A DNA stretch of 64,000 bases from Octopus vulgaris. Taxonomy: Eukaryota. The notes beneath the pieces were generated by a model. It saw only the letters and a list, made by a program, of their open reading frames with translations, did no database searches and was not told the DNA's origin. The DNA lies in the NCBI GenBank assembly GCA_951406725.2, contig OX597823.1, positions 19,034,001 through 19,098,000 of the forward strand, in the 5' to 3' direction. A program made the translations under genes and the position numbers. Below, piece after piece: positions 1 through 13,217 of the stretch (positions are counted from its first letter, which is position 1; each line of letters starts with the position of its first letter).

Positions 1-452
1 TGGGAGACAGACAGTATGTTGTGTAAGTGAACTGCTTCTGTTAGTGTGTGTGAAGAGACAGAGTAATGTGTGAAAGAGAGAGATAACTGAAATTTTTTAC
101 TCGGTGTATGTGTATATGTATACAATCGCTTTCTCTTAGTATCTTTCGCTCTCATTACTTCAAAAGTTCCCGCAAGCCCATATGTAAAAAAAAAAGTTTT
201 TTACGGAAATCGACGGAAAGGTCTACTAGAGACGAAAGATCGCCAACAAGAATTAATTATAAAAATTAAATGATTGAAAAGATAAGTAATAACAGACGAT
301 CTACTCATAGATAGTATATTATTACTTATTATGCTTCTAAACGCTGCCTTTCATCTTTTCGGAATCAATAGAGTGTCGGGGCTTCGATTAACTCCCCGCA
401 ATCAGCACCAACATCACCAAATAGCTGATCTGGAGCTTTTATTAGAAATAAT

Positions 453-752
453 GTTTGTTCCTTCTCGAGCCATGCCTAGCTCAAAAGGGCCTGTTTCCCG
501 GTTTCCTTGGCGTATAGGTTCCCCACCTGAACGGGACGCCGGTCCGTCGCAGGTGAGCTGCAAGATGCAGGAGGAAAGAGTGAGAGAAAGCTGTGGTGAA
601 AGAGTCAGCAGATGTTCGCCATTACCTTCTGCCGAAGCCGCGTGGAGCTTAGGTGTTTCGCTCATAAATACACACATCACCCGGTCTGAGATTCGAACCC
701 GCGATCCCTCGACCGCGAGTCCGCTGCTCTAACCACTAGGCCATGTGCCTCC
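453..752 (-). mobile_element. tRNA-derived SINE, head H1 + tail T3, with 12-bp target-site duplication
   Basis: Reverse strand begins GGAGGCACATGGCCTAGTGGTTAG (A box) and contains GGTTCGAATCTC (B box). ATTAGAAATAAT flanks both sides (441-452 and 753-764). Head shared with copies at 15382, 27407 and 43403. Confidence 0.85.
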
Positions 753-1099
753 ATTAGAAATAATAATAAGCAGGAAAATGGCAGAAACCGTTAGAGCGAT
801 ATTTATTCCTGCTCTTGGTACTCAAAATTCATTTCGCCGATGTAAACTTTTCCGTTCAGAGCTATGATCTGGCCGTATCGTTAGAGGCGTCGAACGAGGT
901 ACTTTGCAATATTTGATCTGAGTTCTTGGGTGGTAGACTTAATCAGTTTCCTGGTTTAAATCTATTGCCTGCTTCTTGGGTATTTCTAGCAGAATACATT
1001 CTGAAGTAAGAATTCGGACCATGTCTCTGGTTTCAGGATAACTTTCTTTAACCGATCAGTCTCGGAGACCCTGAAAAACATAAAATCTACTAAACAGTA

Positions 1100-1440
1100 G
1101 ATGATGATGAGGATAAGGAGGAGGTGGAGGAGGAGGGGTGTGGTGAAGGAGGAAGGGAGGTGTGGTAGAGGAGGAGGGAGGTGTGGTGGAGGAAGAGGGG
1201 AGGTGTGGTGTAGGAGGAGGGGAGGTGTGATAGAGGAGGAGGGGAGGTGTGGTGGAGGAGGAGGGAGGTGTGGTGGAGGAGGAGGGGAGGTGTGCTGGAG
1301 GAGATGGGGAGGTGTAGTGGAGGAGGAGGGGAAGTGTGGTGGAGGTGGAGGAGGAGGATTATCATCATCATCATCATCGTCGTCATCGTCATCATTATTA
1401 TCATCCTGACGATAAGGACAACAACAACAACAATAATAAT
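1100..1440 (+). repeat. G/A-rich ~21-bp minisatellite (GGAGGAGGGGAGGTGTGGT-like) followed by ATC/AAC triplet repeats
   Basis: Direct reading of tandem imperfect units. Confidence 0.9.
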
Positions 1441-2885
1441 TCGGTATGTTGTCTACCATGTTGTCAAACAGTATAGCCAGGGTTATCAACCTTAAACGTT
1501 CAGTTTGTAAAGGAAACCAATTTTTCCATTATACGGACATTAACAACAAATTAAACTGCAAGCTGAGCCTGAGTTAGATCTTAGATATTTTTCTTTGTCA
1601 TGGATACACCCATGACCACAGCAGTGACTCTAACAGGAAAATCTAAAAATACAATAACTGAGTGGTACAATGTGTGCCGCGAAGTGTGTGGAGCCATAGT
1701 TCATTATGATTGACGAAGCAAGATTTGCTGGACAACGAAAATACAATTGACGAAGAATGGTGAATGGCGACAACACTCCCCTCTTTGAAGACAGTAATGT
1801 AGAACAACGAAACAATAGGAACCATGGACATAGAATTGATCGGCCATGGGTTTTTGGTCTCAAACAAGGCTCAGACTGTTGATACAATTGTGTGGAACGG
1901 CGTGACGGGAACAGTCTGATCCTAATTATTGAAAGCGAATGTGAAAAAGGTTTGTAGTAGATCTTGCAAGCATGAAGTGGATTCAATCCACCATAGCCAA
2001 ATTTAAATTAGCACTGCAACAGAACTTTTCCTATGGTGGAACAATAGTTTTTCTCTGGCAGCAGTTTTACATTTTCCAGATGCCTTTAGCTAGGCCAAAA
2101 TAATGTCTTCACTACTTGACCCTTTCTAACCTCTTCTACTTCACCAAAAGCTAGAATAGAGATAACCAGACCACCAACTAAATCTATTGTTCTCAATGAT
2201 ATGTCTATCCTTTTGGATAGCTATAAAAGCAAGAACCCCCAAGCAAAAACCAAGTAGCCACTTGGCGACAAGTGAGTGAGGCAGCTCGTGACAACTCAGT
2301 TAGTTAGGGAATGGACTGCTAGAATCCTGATCACAAGGAATGCTGCTTCTAAAGATAATGGTCAGTGAGAGAAATGAAATTTACTGTCAGCAACTATGAG
2401 ACAACACCCTACAACTCTCACTAGCTCTAATTCTGTTCTCTTACAACATCATTCTATCTCTCTCAGCAATTACTACTAAACAATAAAGAGTACACAAACA
2501 CAAGCTTTACTTTGCATGCTTTTGGATTTATTATAAACTGCCCGTCGAGGCAAGGTATTGCAATGTAACAGTAAATAAATACTTTCTTAAAATTTCATAC
2601 ATTGTTCATCTTTCACATCCTACAGTATGCAATTATAACAACAAATTTTTATCGTTACAACTGCTGACTTCGACATTTCATAATATTGTGTACCTAATCA
2701 TATTTATCGTTACAGGTTCAGTAATTCATTCAGATGAGTGGTCTGCTTATAATGATTTAAATGTCATAGATTATCACCATCTGACAGTGAACCATCAATG
2801 ACATTATGTGGATCCAGTGACCGGAGCACACAATCAGGCCATTCAGTGATCATCGTTAGATGCTAAAACTATGATTCTGAAAAAA
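1440..2885 (+). pseudogene. Merlin (IS1016/IS1595-like) DDE transposase remnant, split by a solo LTR
   Basis: Translated pieces: EWYNVCREVC, IDEARFAGQRKYN, PWVFG, VERRD, then GSVIHSDEWSAY...TVNHQ*HYVDPVTGAHNQAI. These match the IS1595/Merlin motif order. Several stops. Confidence 0.85.
1953..2714 (+). mobile_element. Solo LTR (762 bp), Gypsy-like
   Basis: TG...CA termini, 4-bp TSD GGTT (1949-1952, 2715-2718), TATAAAA at 2222, AATAAA at 2482 and 2574. Excision restores the Merlin frame E-K-G-S-V-I-H-S-D. Confidence 0.8.
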
Positions 2886-3001
2886 AAATGATCTCTGAAA
2901 TATCTGAAAGATAAAGTAGATAGGGTTAGGGTTATTATATATATATATATATATCCACATACATATATCCACATATATATACACACTTCCCAGACGAACT
3001 C

Positions 3002-3106
3002 CAGGATGGAGTCATTTGAAGGTTAAAACAATACAATGGCACAATGTGACCAGTGAGGTATAACAACATTTGATAGCCTGGTCAGCCACATGATCGTGTG
3101 TTAATG

Positions 3107-3144
<38 letters not shown>

Positions 3145-3307
3145 GGTACATGCATCATACATATGTCAAAGTGTAAAGTGTGTGGCCTGCTTGTCTAACC
3201 AGCAGGATGGAGTCATTTGAAGGTTAAAACAATACAATGGCACAATGTGACCAGCGAGGTGTAACAACATTTGATAGCCTGGTCAGTCACATGATCGTGT
3301 GTTAATG

Positions 3308-3338
<31 letters not shown>
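3002..3338 (+). repeat. Two tandem copies of SINE tail T2, each ending in (TA)n
   Basis: CAGGATGGAGTCATTTGAAGGTTAAAAC... at about 3002 and 3203; homologous to the reverse complement of 43403-43510. Confidence 0.8.
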
Positions 3339-3341
<3 letters not shown>

Positions 3342-4214
3342 TGTGTTCCAGAAGTCTTGGACATTGAATATCTCGAAAACTATTAAGGACATAAAAACAC
3401 GTCTGATATATTCTGAAAGCCTGCAATTTCAAGATTTTTTTTATAGACTGTTCAAAGATGTTCAATGTGACCGCCGTTGGTCACACGGCACACATCAAGC
3501 CGATAGTCCAATTCTTGTCAAACGTGTTCCAGCATTGCATTGTCGATGGTTGCAACCACTTTCATTATTCAGGCTTCAGTTCATCAACGTCTTTTTGAAG
3601 GGGAGGCACATAGACCAGGTCCTTTCAAAAATGCCCACAAAAAGAAATCGCAGGGTGAGAGATCTGGAGACTTGGGAGGCCAGGGCATGAGAACGCGATC
3701 ATCTGGCCCAGACCGTCCAATCCATCTGTCTGGCACTGTTGTGTTCAGATATTGTCTAACCCTGAGTCTCCATTGTGGTGACACCCCATCCTGTTGGAAA
3801 ATGAAGTCCCTACAGGCTCTTCTGATCGATTTACAGGGCTCCGCTCGAAGGTTTAAACTCACTCAACTGTATCATCTGAAGTTGAGGGGCATCCCGTTGT
3901 CTTAGCTGGGTACAAACACCCATCCTTTATAAATTTACCATGCCATCTCAATATGGACTTCCTTTCTGGTGCCTCTTTGCAGAATTTTGTGTGAAATGAA
4001 CATTGAACCAGTTTTCACAAATTCAAGTACGCAAAGCACCTTTCCTGGTTGAGTGAACGCCATTACTGTATCTGAAAAAATATGAAAAATCATTAGCATT
4101 ACAAAAAAGCTTAATGAATTTAGCTTTAAAATGGTACCAGTTTCATCTTACTACCAATCATAGTGCAGCACATATGAGGACTTGAAATGTGCCCTAGACT
4201 TCTGGAACACCCTG
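3339..4214 (-). mobile_element. Internally deleted Tc1/mariner element, rosa/DD41D-like clade
   Basis: ~27-bp TIRs CAG(T/G)GTGTTCCAGAAGTC, TA flanks. N-terminus MAFTQPGKVLCVLEF; catalytic segment FQQDG...RWIGR...WPPKSPDLSPCDFFLW. Confidence 0.9.
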
Positions 4215-4307
<93 letters not shown>

Positions 4308-4309
<2 letters not shown>

Positions 4310-4488
4310 TCTTTTATTCTTTTAGTAATTTGACTGCGGTCATGCTGGAGCACCACCTTTTAGTCGAGCAAATTGACCCCAGGACTTATTCTTTGTAAGC
4401 CTAGTACTTATTCTATCGATCTGTTTTGATGAACTGCTAAGTTACGGGGATGTAAACACACCAGCATCACATGTCAAGTGATGTTGGA

Positions 4489-4519
<31 letters not shown>

Positions 4520-5062
4520 CATATATACAACAGACTTCTTTCAGTTTCCATGTACCAAATCCACTCACAAGACTTTGATCGGCCCGTGGCTATAGTAGAA
4601 GACACTTGTCCTGGGTGCCACGCAGTGGGATGAACCCGAAACCATGCCATCGGTAAGCAAGCTACTAACCAAACTTGTGTATATATATATATGTATATAT
4701 ATATGTATGTATATATGCATGTATATATATATATATATATTTAGATATATATATGAATATATATATATATTTACTCTTTTACTCTTTTACTTGTGTCAGT
4801 CATTTGACTGCAGCCATGCTGGAGCACCGCCTTTTAGTCGAGCAAATCGACCCCGGAACTTATTCTTTGTAAGCCCAGTACTTATTCTATCGGTCTCTTT
4901 TGCTGAACCGTTAAGTGACGGGGACGTAAACACACCAGCATCGGTTGTCAAACAATCCTAGGGGGCAAACACAAACACACGCACACACACATACACATAT
5001 ATATATATAAATACATATATACGACAGGCTTCTTTCAGTTTCCGTCTACCAAATCCACTCAC
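4308..5062 (-). mobile_element. Two adjacent copies of SINE family A (tRNA head, internal microsatellite, ...GAAACAAGTAAAAGAG tail)
   Basis: Homology to the full copy at 13218-13765; pieces at 4308-4672 and 4771-5062. Confidence 0.85.
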
Positions 5063-5347
5063 ATATATTGTATATATTATTGTATATATATAAAATTATG
5101 TATATATACGTGTATATATATATATGTATATATATATATGTGTGAGTATTTATGCGTGTGTGTGTGTATGTGTGTGTTTGTGTGTATATGTTTAGAGTGA
5201 GAGATATATATTTATAAATCATATATATATATATATATATATATAAGGGCTTAGTAAAATAAATTACTTTGCCACATACTGAACTCATTAGAAATAGCAG
5301 CTAAAGAAATTTCTTCAGCTATTTCTAATACTTAAAAGTAAAATAAA

Positions 5348-5378
<31 letters not shown>

Positions 5379-5384
5379 CATATA

Positions 5385-5503
<119 letters not shown>

Positions 5504-5535
5504 TCAAAATAAGCAACAAGAATGATTCCGGTAAT

Positions 5536-5621
5536 TTGGTACGATCGTTTCGTACTACATCATTTTATTAAATGTTGTAAGTATTACAACAGATTTAAGA
5601 TGCTGAGTGCTCATCAGCCAA
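5536..5621 (-). ncRNA. Type I hammerhead ribozyme-like motif with intact core and long stem II
   Basis: Minus strand: ttgg CUGAUGA gcact...agtac GAAA cgatcg UA ccaa. Stem I ttgg/ccaa, palindromic stem III ACGAUCGU, GUA triplet. Confidence 0.8.
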
Positions 5622-5944
5622 TTGTAGAGGTTTTCCATTGATACAAAAATTTTCAAATTAAGTGGCAACATTATAGAGAAGGTAGATATATAGACAAAGA
5701 TATATATGTGTGTGTGTGTGTGTGCGTGTATGTATATATATATATACATATACTCCCATACATATATATACTGTAAATCCCTTGTTATATCATGGATCAT
5801 CTATCACGGTTTAGTATTTAAGCTTACATCAATTCCTCCGTGGAGATGTTTTGCATTTATAATAATATATATACCAGAGTAAACACATAAATGTGAAACA
5901 AGGTGGAAAAAAGAGTACTCAAATACCAGTGGTAGAGTAATATG

Positions 5945-6029
5945 CTTTATTTAAAGCAGCAGAAAATTCAACAAAAAGGGAAACTCAGAGTAACAGGTTT
6001 TGTTGAATTTTCTGCTGCTTTAAATAAAG
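5945..6029. repeat. Perfect 32-bp inverted repeat enclosing a half hammerhead (GAAA CTCAGAG TA acag)
   Basis: Arms 5945-5976 and 5998-6029; related to the motif at 26972-27007. Confidence 0.85.
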
Positions 6030-6509
6030 TAATAATATGTATATATATACATAGAAATTATAAAAATAATTTTTAAAAATACACAGTACACTACTCAGTG
6101 GGTGGAGTTTTGGAACATAATACCTTTGATAGTCAAGGGATTACTGTATGAATATATATTTATTTACATACACACACACCCCACCCCACATATATGTATC
6201 ACATATTTGGTGTGTGATTTGTTGCGTGGGTGTGTTCACATTTGACTCCACCCTCTAACCAACCGCATAAATGAAACATTATGTAAGAGTAGAGTCATGC
6301 AAGCATTTCGCATGCCAATGTATTGTAGTTTAAAACTGACATACTCAATGAAATATGCCGATGTAAATATTAACACACACACACACACACAAACACACAT
6401 GCATGTGCAAGTGCATGCACACACACACACACTTCAGTATATGCATCTGTTTTTTATTAATATTTAGCAGAAGCAACAGAGTGACTCAAGGGCCGAGAGC
6501 TTCGTGTTG

Positions 6510-6598
6510 GCACGTATATATGTATATATGTGAGTATACATACATATACAGACACACACACACACACATATATGTGTGTATGTATATATGTATATATA

Positions 6599-6648
<50 letters not shown>

Positions 6649-6791
6649 CACACATATATACACACACATATATACATACATAAATACATATATATATACA
6701 CACATATATATATGTGTGTGTGTGTATGTATGTATATTTATATATATATATATATATATATATAGACAGACAGAAACATAGATACATACAC

Positions 6792-6873
<82 letters not shown>

Positions 6874-7160
6874 TTATGTATGTATATATGTGTGTGTATA
6901 TATGTGTGTATATGTATATGTATATACATATATATAGAGAGAGAGAGACAGACAGAAACATAGATACATACACACATACATACACACATACATACATACA
7001 TACATAAATACACACATACATACACACATACATACATACATACATACATACACACACACATACATACATACATACATACATACATACATACATACATACA
7101 TACATACATACATACATACAGATTATATCTTTATATATATATATATATATATACACACCT
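6510..7160. repeat. Compound (TA)n/(CA)n/(CATA)n microsatellite
   Basis: Direct reading. Confidence 0.95.
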
Positions 7161-7685
7161 TTTGTTTCTTTGTTTCTCTCTTCATTCTTTCAGCTTTTTT
7201 TTTTTCTTTTATTATTTTTTTACTATGTGTTGAGTTGGTGGTAGGGGTGTACCAGTAAGGAGTTACAAGTTTCTGCTGATTATTCTCCACACCTTCTTAC
7301 CTGTAGAGAAAGAAAATAAAAAAGAAAGAAAAGAGGGAAAGACTGCATTATGAGAACATTTCTGGTGGCCAGTGACTTTATGAAACAACAATTCCAACTA
7401 TGTGATTATTGACACAGAGCTGCTGTCAAAATAGATGTGATGGCTTTTGTTTTGTCTAACATCTACTGAAGACATGTTGGTGAGTCAGCCAACACACATT
7501 TAAGTCCTCTACCCGTTTCATATTTGGAGATCAAATGCATCATTTCCTCTCTGTTGAACAGCATTCTGTTCCAGTACAAATGAGTGCAGCTCTACCCACT
7601 AGAGACGGCAGCAAGATATCATGTGAATCATACCTTATTTGCTTGAAAAAAGAAGGACATATTGAATAATGCAGTCCCGGAAATA

Positions 7686-8474
7686 TTGGGTTGTCTGGAA
7701 AGTTCGTGCCGATTTATAGTAGCTTACCTTTCGACTTATTTTAGAACATGGCTGAGTCCATGAAATAGGATTTGGCTACACTGCTATTTAGAGCACAGTT
7801 TAAGCTATCTTTTCCTGGAAGAAGGTTTATGTTCCTATAACCTGTGTTAATTCTGTAACCCTTTAAAATGGAAGATAAAAAAAGTTCATTTTCGGCACTT
7901 GATGCTTTGGGAACCAGACAAAAATTGCTGCAGCTCAGCTGGGATGTGTTACCCCACCCTCCATATTCACCAGATATTGCTCCTTCGAACTCCCACTTAT
8001 TCAGGTCTCTGTAGAAAAGTCTTAATGGTAAAAATTTCAATTCCTTGGATGACATAAAAAGATACCTTGATGAATTCTTTGCCATGAAACCACCTCAATT
8101 CTGGGAAGAGGGTATTTTCAAGTTAAAGGAAAGAAGGAGACACATTGTACAACAAAATGGTTCATATTTGGTTGATTAAAAATATAATGGCAAGTATTTA
8201 TTGACATTTTTCTTTCCTTTAACCCTTTAGCATTTAAACCAGCCATATCCGGCCAAAATATTCTCCTCTGTTTTATGTTCAAATTGGCCCAATCTGGCCT
8301 CTCACACCAGCCCTACTATATAATTCTAAAAATGAATAGTTACTTCATCAAAATCTCAAAGCTACAAGATAATGCAGGATTAATTGAAAACAATGGGAAT
8401 AAATAAGCATTTTTGACAGAATAATGTGAATACTAAAGGGTTAAAAATTGGCACAAACTTTCCGGACAACCCAA
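7686..8474 (+). mobile_element. Internally deleted mariner element
   Basis: TIRs TTGGGTTGTC(T/C)GGAAAGTT, TA TSD. MEDKKVHFRHLML is joined to WDVLPHPPYSPDIAPSNSHLFRSL...QNGSYLVD*. Confidence 0.9.
8223..8440. mobile_element. piggyBac-type MITE nested in the mariner element
   Basis: TTAA TSD (8219-8222, 8441-8444); TIRs CCCTTTAGCATT / AATACTAAAGGG. Confidence 0.85.
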
Positions 8475-8569
8475 TATTATATGTGGACAGAAGTTGGGAT
8501 GATTTTGATGTGATGATACAGCCTTGATCATAATCTATTGGATCAGGATTGAGCTGAGAATAAATAATA

Positions 8570-8978
8570 ACAACAATAATCCTTTCAACAGGAAGCACAA
8601 GGCCTCAAATTTGGGGGAAGAGACTAAGTTGATTACATCAACCCCAATGCGTAACTGGTTCTTATTTAATTGATCCTGAAAGGATGAAAGGCAAAGTTGA
8701 TCCTAGAAGAATTTGAACTCAGAATATAGCAGCAGACAAAATACCTATTTCTTTACTACCCACAAGGGGCTAAACACAGAGAGGACAAACAAGGACAGAC
8801 AAACGGATTAAGTCAATTATATCGACCCCAATGCGTAACTGGTACTTATTTAATCGACCCCAAAGGGATGAAAGGCAAAGTCGACCTCGGCGGAATTTGA
8901 ACTCAGAACGCAATGGCAGACAAAATACTGCTAAGCATTTCGCCCGGCGGGTTAACGATTCTGCCAGCTTGCCGCCTT
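8570..8978 (-). mobile_element. SINE family B with an internal ~184-bp tandem unit
   Basis: Head GGCGGCAAGCTGGCAGAATCGTTA, B box GTTCAAATTCC, core GCCTTTCATCC...GGGGTCGAT. Confidence 0.85.
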
Positions 8979-9179
8979 AACAACAACAATAATAACAACA
9001 GAAACAGTCTGAGACACAAGAGTGTCAATAACACAAATGCTAATCCCAAAGGAGTGTACAGATGATCACACAACATGAAGGAAAGAGCAGTCAAATCAGC
9101 TTCAAATCACATTTTGATGTCTTAAAAAATAAGGGACACATTTGAAAGCATAAATATAAAAAAGTAAAGTTACATTCAC

Positions 9180-9330
9180 GAGTCATGCTGACTCACAAGG
9201 GCCAGTTTCCCAGTTTCATGGCAAATAAATACCCCACCTGGATGGGATGCCAGTCCTTCACAGGAATGCTCATTTTTGCTAGCTGAGTAAACTGGAGCAA
9301 CATGAAATGAAGTGTTTTGCTCAAGAACAA
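9180..9330 (-). mobile_element. SINE fragment, head H2 + tail T3
   Basis: TTCTTGAGCAAAACACTTCATTTCATGTTGCTCCAG is followed by the same tail as 453-560. Confidence 0.65.
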
Positions 9331-9331
9331 G

Positions 9332-9510
9332 ACTGTGCAGCATGCATTTGTGAGAGAGTTCTCTAAAAAGTCACCAACAGCAATGCAGATTTGGACATAG
9401 CACAAAAAATTCAAAGACGAAGGCTGTCTGTGCAGGGCAAAAGGATCTGGATGACCACTAACATTGGAAGAGTGGGTTCACTAAAAACTCTTGCGAAGCC
9501 CTAAGAAGTC
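9332..9510 (+). pseudogene. Tc1/mariner (rosa-like) transposase N-terminal fragment
   Basis: VQHAFVREFSKKSPTAMQIWT*HKKFKDEGCLCRAKGSG, similar to the N-terminus at 3880-4060. Confidence 0.6.
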
Positions 9511-9525
9511 CATAAGAAGCCTGTC

Positions 9526-9603
<78 letters not shown>

Positions 9604-9605
<2 letters not shown>

Positions 9606-10092
9606 CCGGTGGCACATGATAAACAACATTTAAGCATGGTCATTGCCAGTGCCACTGGACTGGCTCCTGTGCAGGTAGTATGTAAAAAACACCTTTTGAG
9701 CATGACTGGCACATAAAATTATTCACTACACTCTCTGAGTGGTTGGCATTAGGAAGGACATCCAGCTGTAGAAACTTTGCCAGATTCAGAGTGGAACCTG
9801 GTGCAGCCATCTGGCTCACCAGTCCTCAGTCAAACCATCCAACCCATGCCAACATGGGAAGTGGACGTTAAACAACGACGATGATGATGATATATATATA
9901 TGTTTGTGTGACTGTATTTGTCCCCCCATCATCGTTTGACAACCGATGTTGGTGTGTTTACGTTCCAGTAACTTAGCAGTTTGGCATAAGAGACCAATAG
10001 AGTAAGTACTAGGGTCGATTTGTTCGACTAAAGGCAGTGCTCCAGCATGGGCACAGTCAAGACTGAAACAAATAAAAGAATAAAAAAAAGAA
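9604..10092 (+). mobile_element. RTE-LINE 3' UTR fragment (9604-9892) followed by the 3' half of SINE A
   Basis: GGCATTAGGAAGGACATCCAGC...GGACGTTAAAC(GAT)n matches 33880-34056. Confidence 0.8.
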
Positions 10093-10237
10093 TATGAATT
10101 GTTGTATTTATGTTTGAGGCTGAGTCACAGATGTAGATATTTACGCACACACACACACACACACACACAAACACAAACACACACACACACAATCACACAC
10201 AAACACACACAAACGCACATACACACAATCACACACA

Positions 10238-10282
<45 letters not shown>

Positions 10283-10978
10283 CTATGAATGAGGGACACT
10301 CATGTCCTTTAAAACCTCAGGAGCAGGAGGGGTGCGGGGAGAGACTAGGTTGACAGATTAAGTATAATTCCTTTTCCTTTCCCTGAGTTCCCACGGAACA
10401 AAATGAGACGAAACAAGAGAAACCCGACCTGCAAGGAGGAAAGTTAGAAACTAAACTCACACAGAAGAGAAACAAAGAAGAGAAACAGAAAAAAAAACAA
10501 ATAAAAAGGAAAAAAAAAAGGAAAAGGAAAGAATGAAAAAAAAAAAAAAAACCGTCAATGAAAGATAACAGTCATCGATATCAAAATTGAACATAATTCT
10601 GATTCAACGTAGCGTATTATCTTTGTTGAAGGTTAACGCATTATCATTCCATCAGTCACACACCAGACTTGTAAATGGAACGAGATCTTTTCATGTACTT
10701 GTTAATGTGATAAAAAATTGCTAATAAAATTATTGTTATAAAAAATGTTCTCCGATTGCTGATTAAAGAAAACTATTCAGAGACGCCGCCGTAAATAAAA
10801 CTTATTAATTCCCACATGCGACAACATGTGGGTGATACGTGATTGCGAGTGCAATGCTCATGTGGTTGAGAATGTTGGAAAATGGAAGAACAATGTGTAA
10901 ACAAGTGCGTATGTGTATATGTCTTGTATTATGTATCCAAACATATAACATAATCATCATCATGATTTTTTAATATAT

Positions 10979-11144
10979 AGTGGTTGTGTGGTAAGTAGCT
11001 TGCTATCGAACCACATGGTTCTGGGTTCAGTCCCGCTGTGTGGCACCTTGGGCAAGTGTCTTCTACTATAGCCTCAGGCCGACCAAAGCCTTGTGAGTGG
11101 ATTTGGTAGAAGGAAACTGAAAGAAGCCTGTTGTATATATGTAT

Positions 11145-11176
<32 letters not shown>

Positions 11177-11404
11177 GTGTGTGTGTGTATGTTTGTGTGT
11201 CTGTGTTTGTCCCCCCCAACATCGCTTGACAACCAATGCTGGTGTGTTGATGTCCCCATAATTTAGCAGTTCAGCAAAAGAGACCGATAGAATAAGTTAC
11301 GAGACTTACAAAGAATAAGTCCTGGGGTCGATTTGCTCGACTAAAGTTCGGTGCTCCAGCATGGCCACAGTCAAATGACTGAAACAAGTAACAGAGTAAG
11401 AGTA
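10979..11404 (+). mobile_element. SINE family A
   Basis: Near full-length match to 13218-13765. Confidence 0.9.
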
Positions 11405-11804
11405 TTTTCTCTGCTGGCATGAATTGCAGAGGTGTTCTTGTCTTGCCCCTTGTTACGTTCCTTTCTCATCCGGAACACACAGCTAGAGAAAAAAAACAAC
11501 TCATCTTTGCTGTGTATATCATGTTTTCTTGGCATGGTTGCCATGGTTGGATGCATTCCCCCATCACTAATCACTTCACAGTATAATCCGAGTACATTAT
11601 ATTTTGCCACTGGAGCAGTTATTTGCAGCGTGATTAAACAGTCTTCTCTGCCTCATATTATCTTCATACATTTCTTTGCCTGTGCGTATATGTGTGCATA
11701 TGTGTGTATACGTATCTCTGTCATCTGTGTTGACCATAACTTCTCAATGTATAGATAAAACTTCTCAATATATATATGTATATATATCTTAAAGACTCTT
11801 AAAG

Positions 11805-12122
11805 ACTCCGCCGGTTACGACGACGAGGGTCCCAGCTGATACGATCAACGGAACAGCTTGCTCGTGAAATTAACGTGCAAATGGCTGAGCATTCCACAGA
11901 CACGTGTACCCTTAATGTAGTTCTCGGGGATAATCAGCGTGACACAGAGAGTGACAAGGCTGACCCTTTGAAATACAAGTACAACTCATTTTTGCCAGCT
12001 GAGTGGACTGGAGCAACGTGAAATAAAGTGTCTTGCTCAAGGACACAACGCGTCGCCGGGAATTGAACTCACAACCTTACGATCATGAGCCGAATGCCCT
12101 AACCACTAATCCACGCACCCTC
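11805..12122 (-). mobile_element. tRNA-derived SINE, head H2 + tail T1
   Basis: A box TAGTGGTTAG, B box GTTCAATTCC; tail shared with 27600-27787. Confidence 0.85.
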
Positions 12123-12292
12123 ACTGTATATATATATATATATATGTGTGTGTGCATAAGTTCGATATTTAAATAACGATTTATATATAGGCATATTTGT
12201 GTGTGTGTGAGGGTGCGTGTGTGTGTGAGGGTGCGTGTGTGTATTTGTCTGAGTTAGTCCCCACCACCACCATCGCTTGACAACCGATGCTG

Positions 12293-12363
<71 letters not shown>

Positions 12364-12618
12364 TGTATGTATATATATATTTGGTAGACAGAAACTGAAG
12401 CCCATCATATATGTGTGTGTGTGTCTCTGTGTTTGTTCCCCCAACATTGCTTGACAACCGATGCTGGTGTGTTTACGTCCCCGTAACTTAGCAGTTCCAC
12501 AAAAGAGACCGATAGAATAAGTACTGGGCTTATGAAGAATAAGTCCCGGGGTTGATTTCTTCGACTAAAGGCAGTGCTCCAGCATGACCACAGTCAAATG
12601 ACTGAAACAAATAACATA

Positions 12619-12711
<93 letters not shown>

Positions 12712-12854
12712 AGTATACTTATGTATTTATTTACGCATGTATATATACATATGTATATGCTTATATATGCGTATGTGTGTGGTAGTATACGATAATTTTT
12801 TAGCATGGCCTTAATTGTGATTCAGAAAATAAAATGGAACACACACACACAGAG

Positions 12855-12888
<34 letters not shown>

Positions 12889-13217
12889 TCATACCAACCC
12901 ACACACACTTGATGACAAATAACGGCTATAAATGTTTGAAATGTGGGGTTTTACAAAGGAAATAAGAAAAAATAATAATTACATTTTAAAAAAGAAAAAC
13001 AACCTTAACTAAATTAACTAACCGGAAAAAAAAATTATTCTAATTTTACTCCTCAGTTCTAAAAATGATTCATGTAAATACTTGAGACATATAAATATAT
13101 TAATGTGATTTTTTTTCTATATTAGAAGGATTTTGACTGGAATTGAACCATTGGATATTTCATTTAGCAAATGTTTGTAGCTTTTGTTGCAGTTGCTTAG
13201 CTCTAGGTCAACATTAA

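Noticed and set aside
200-245. GTCT...AGAC-GAAA-GATC motif
   Set aside because: No CUGANGA-like core and no U16.1.
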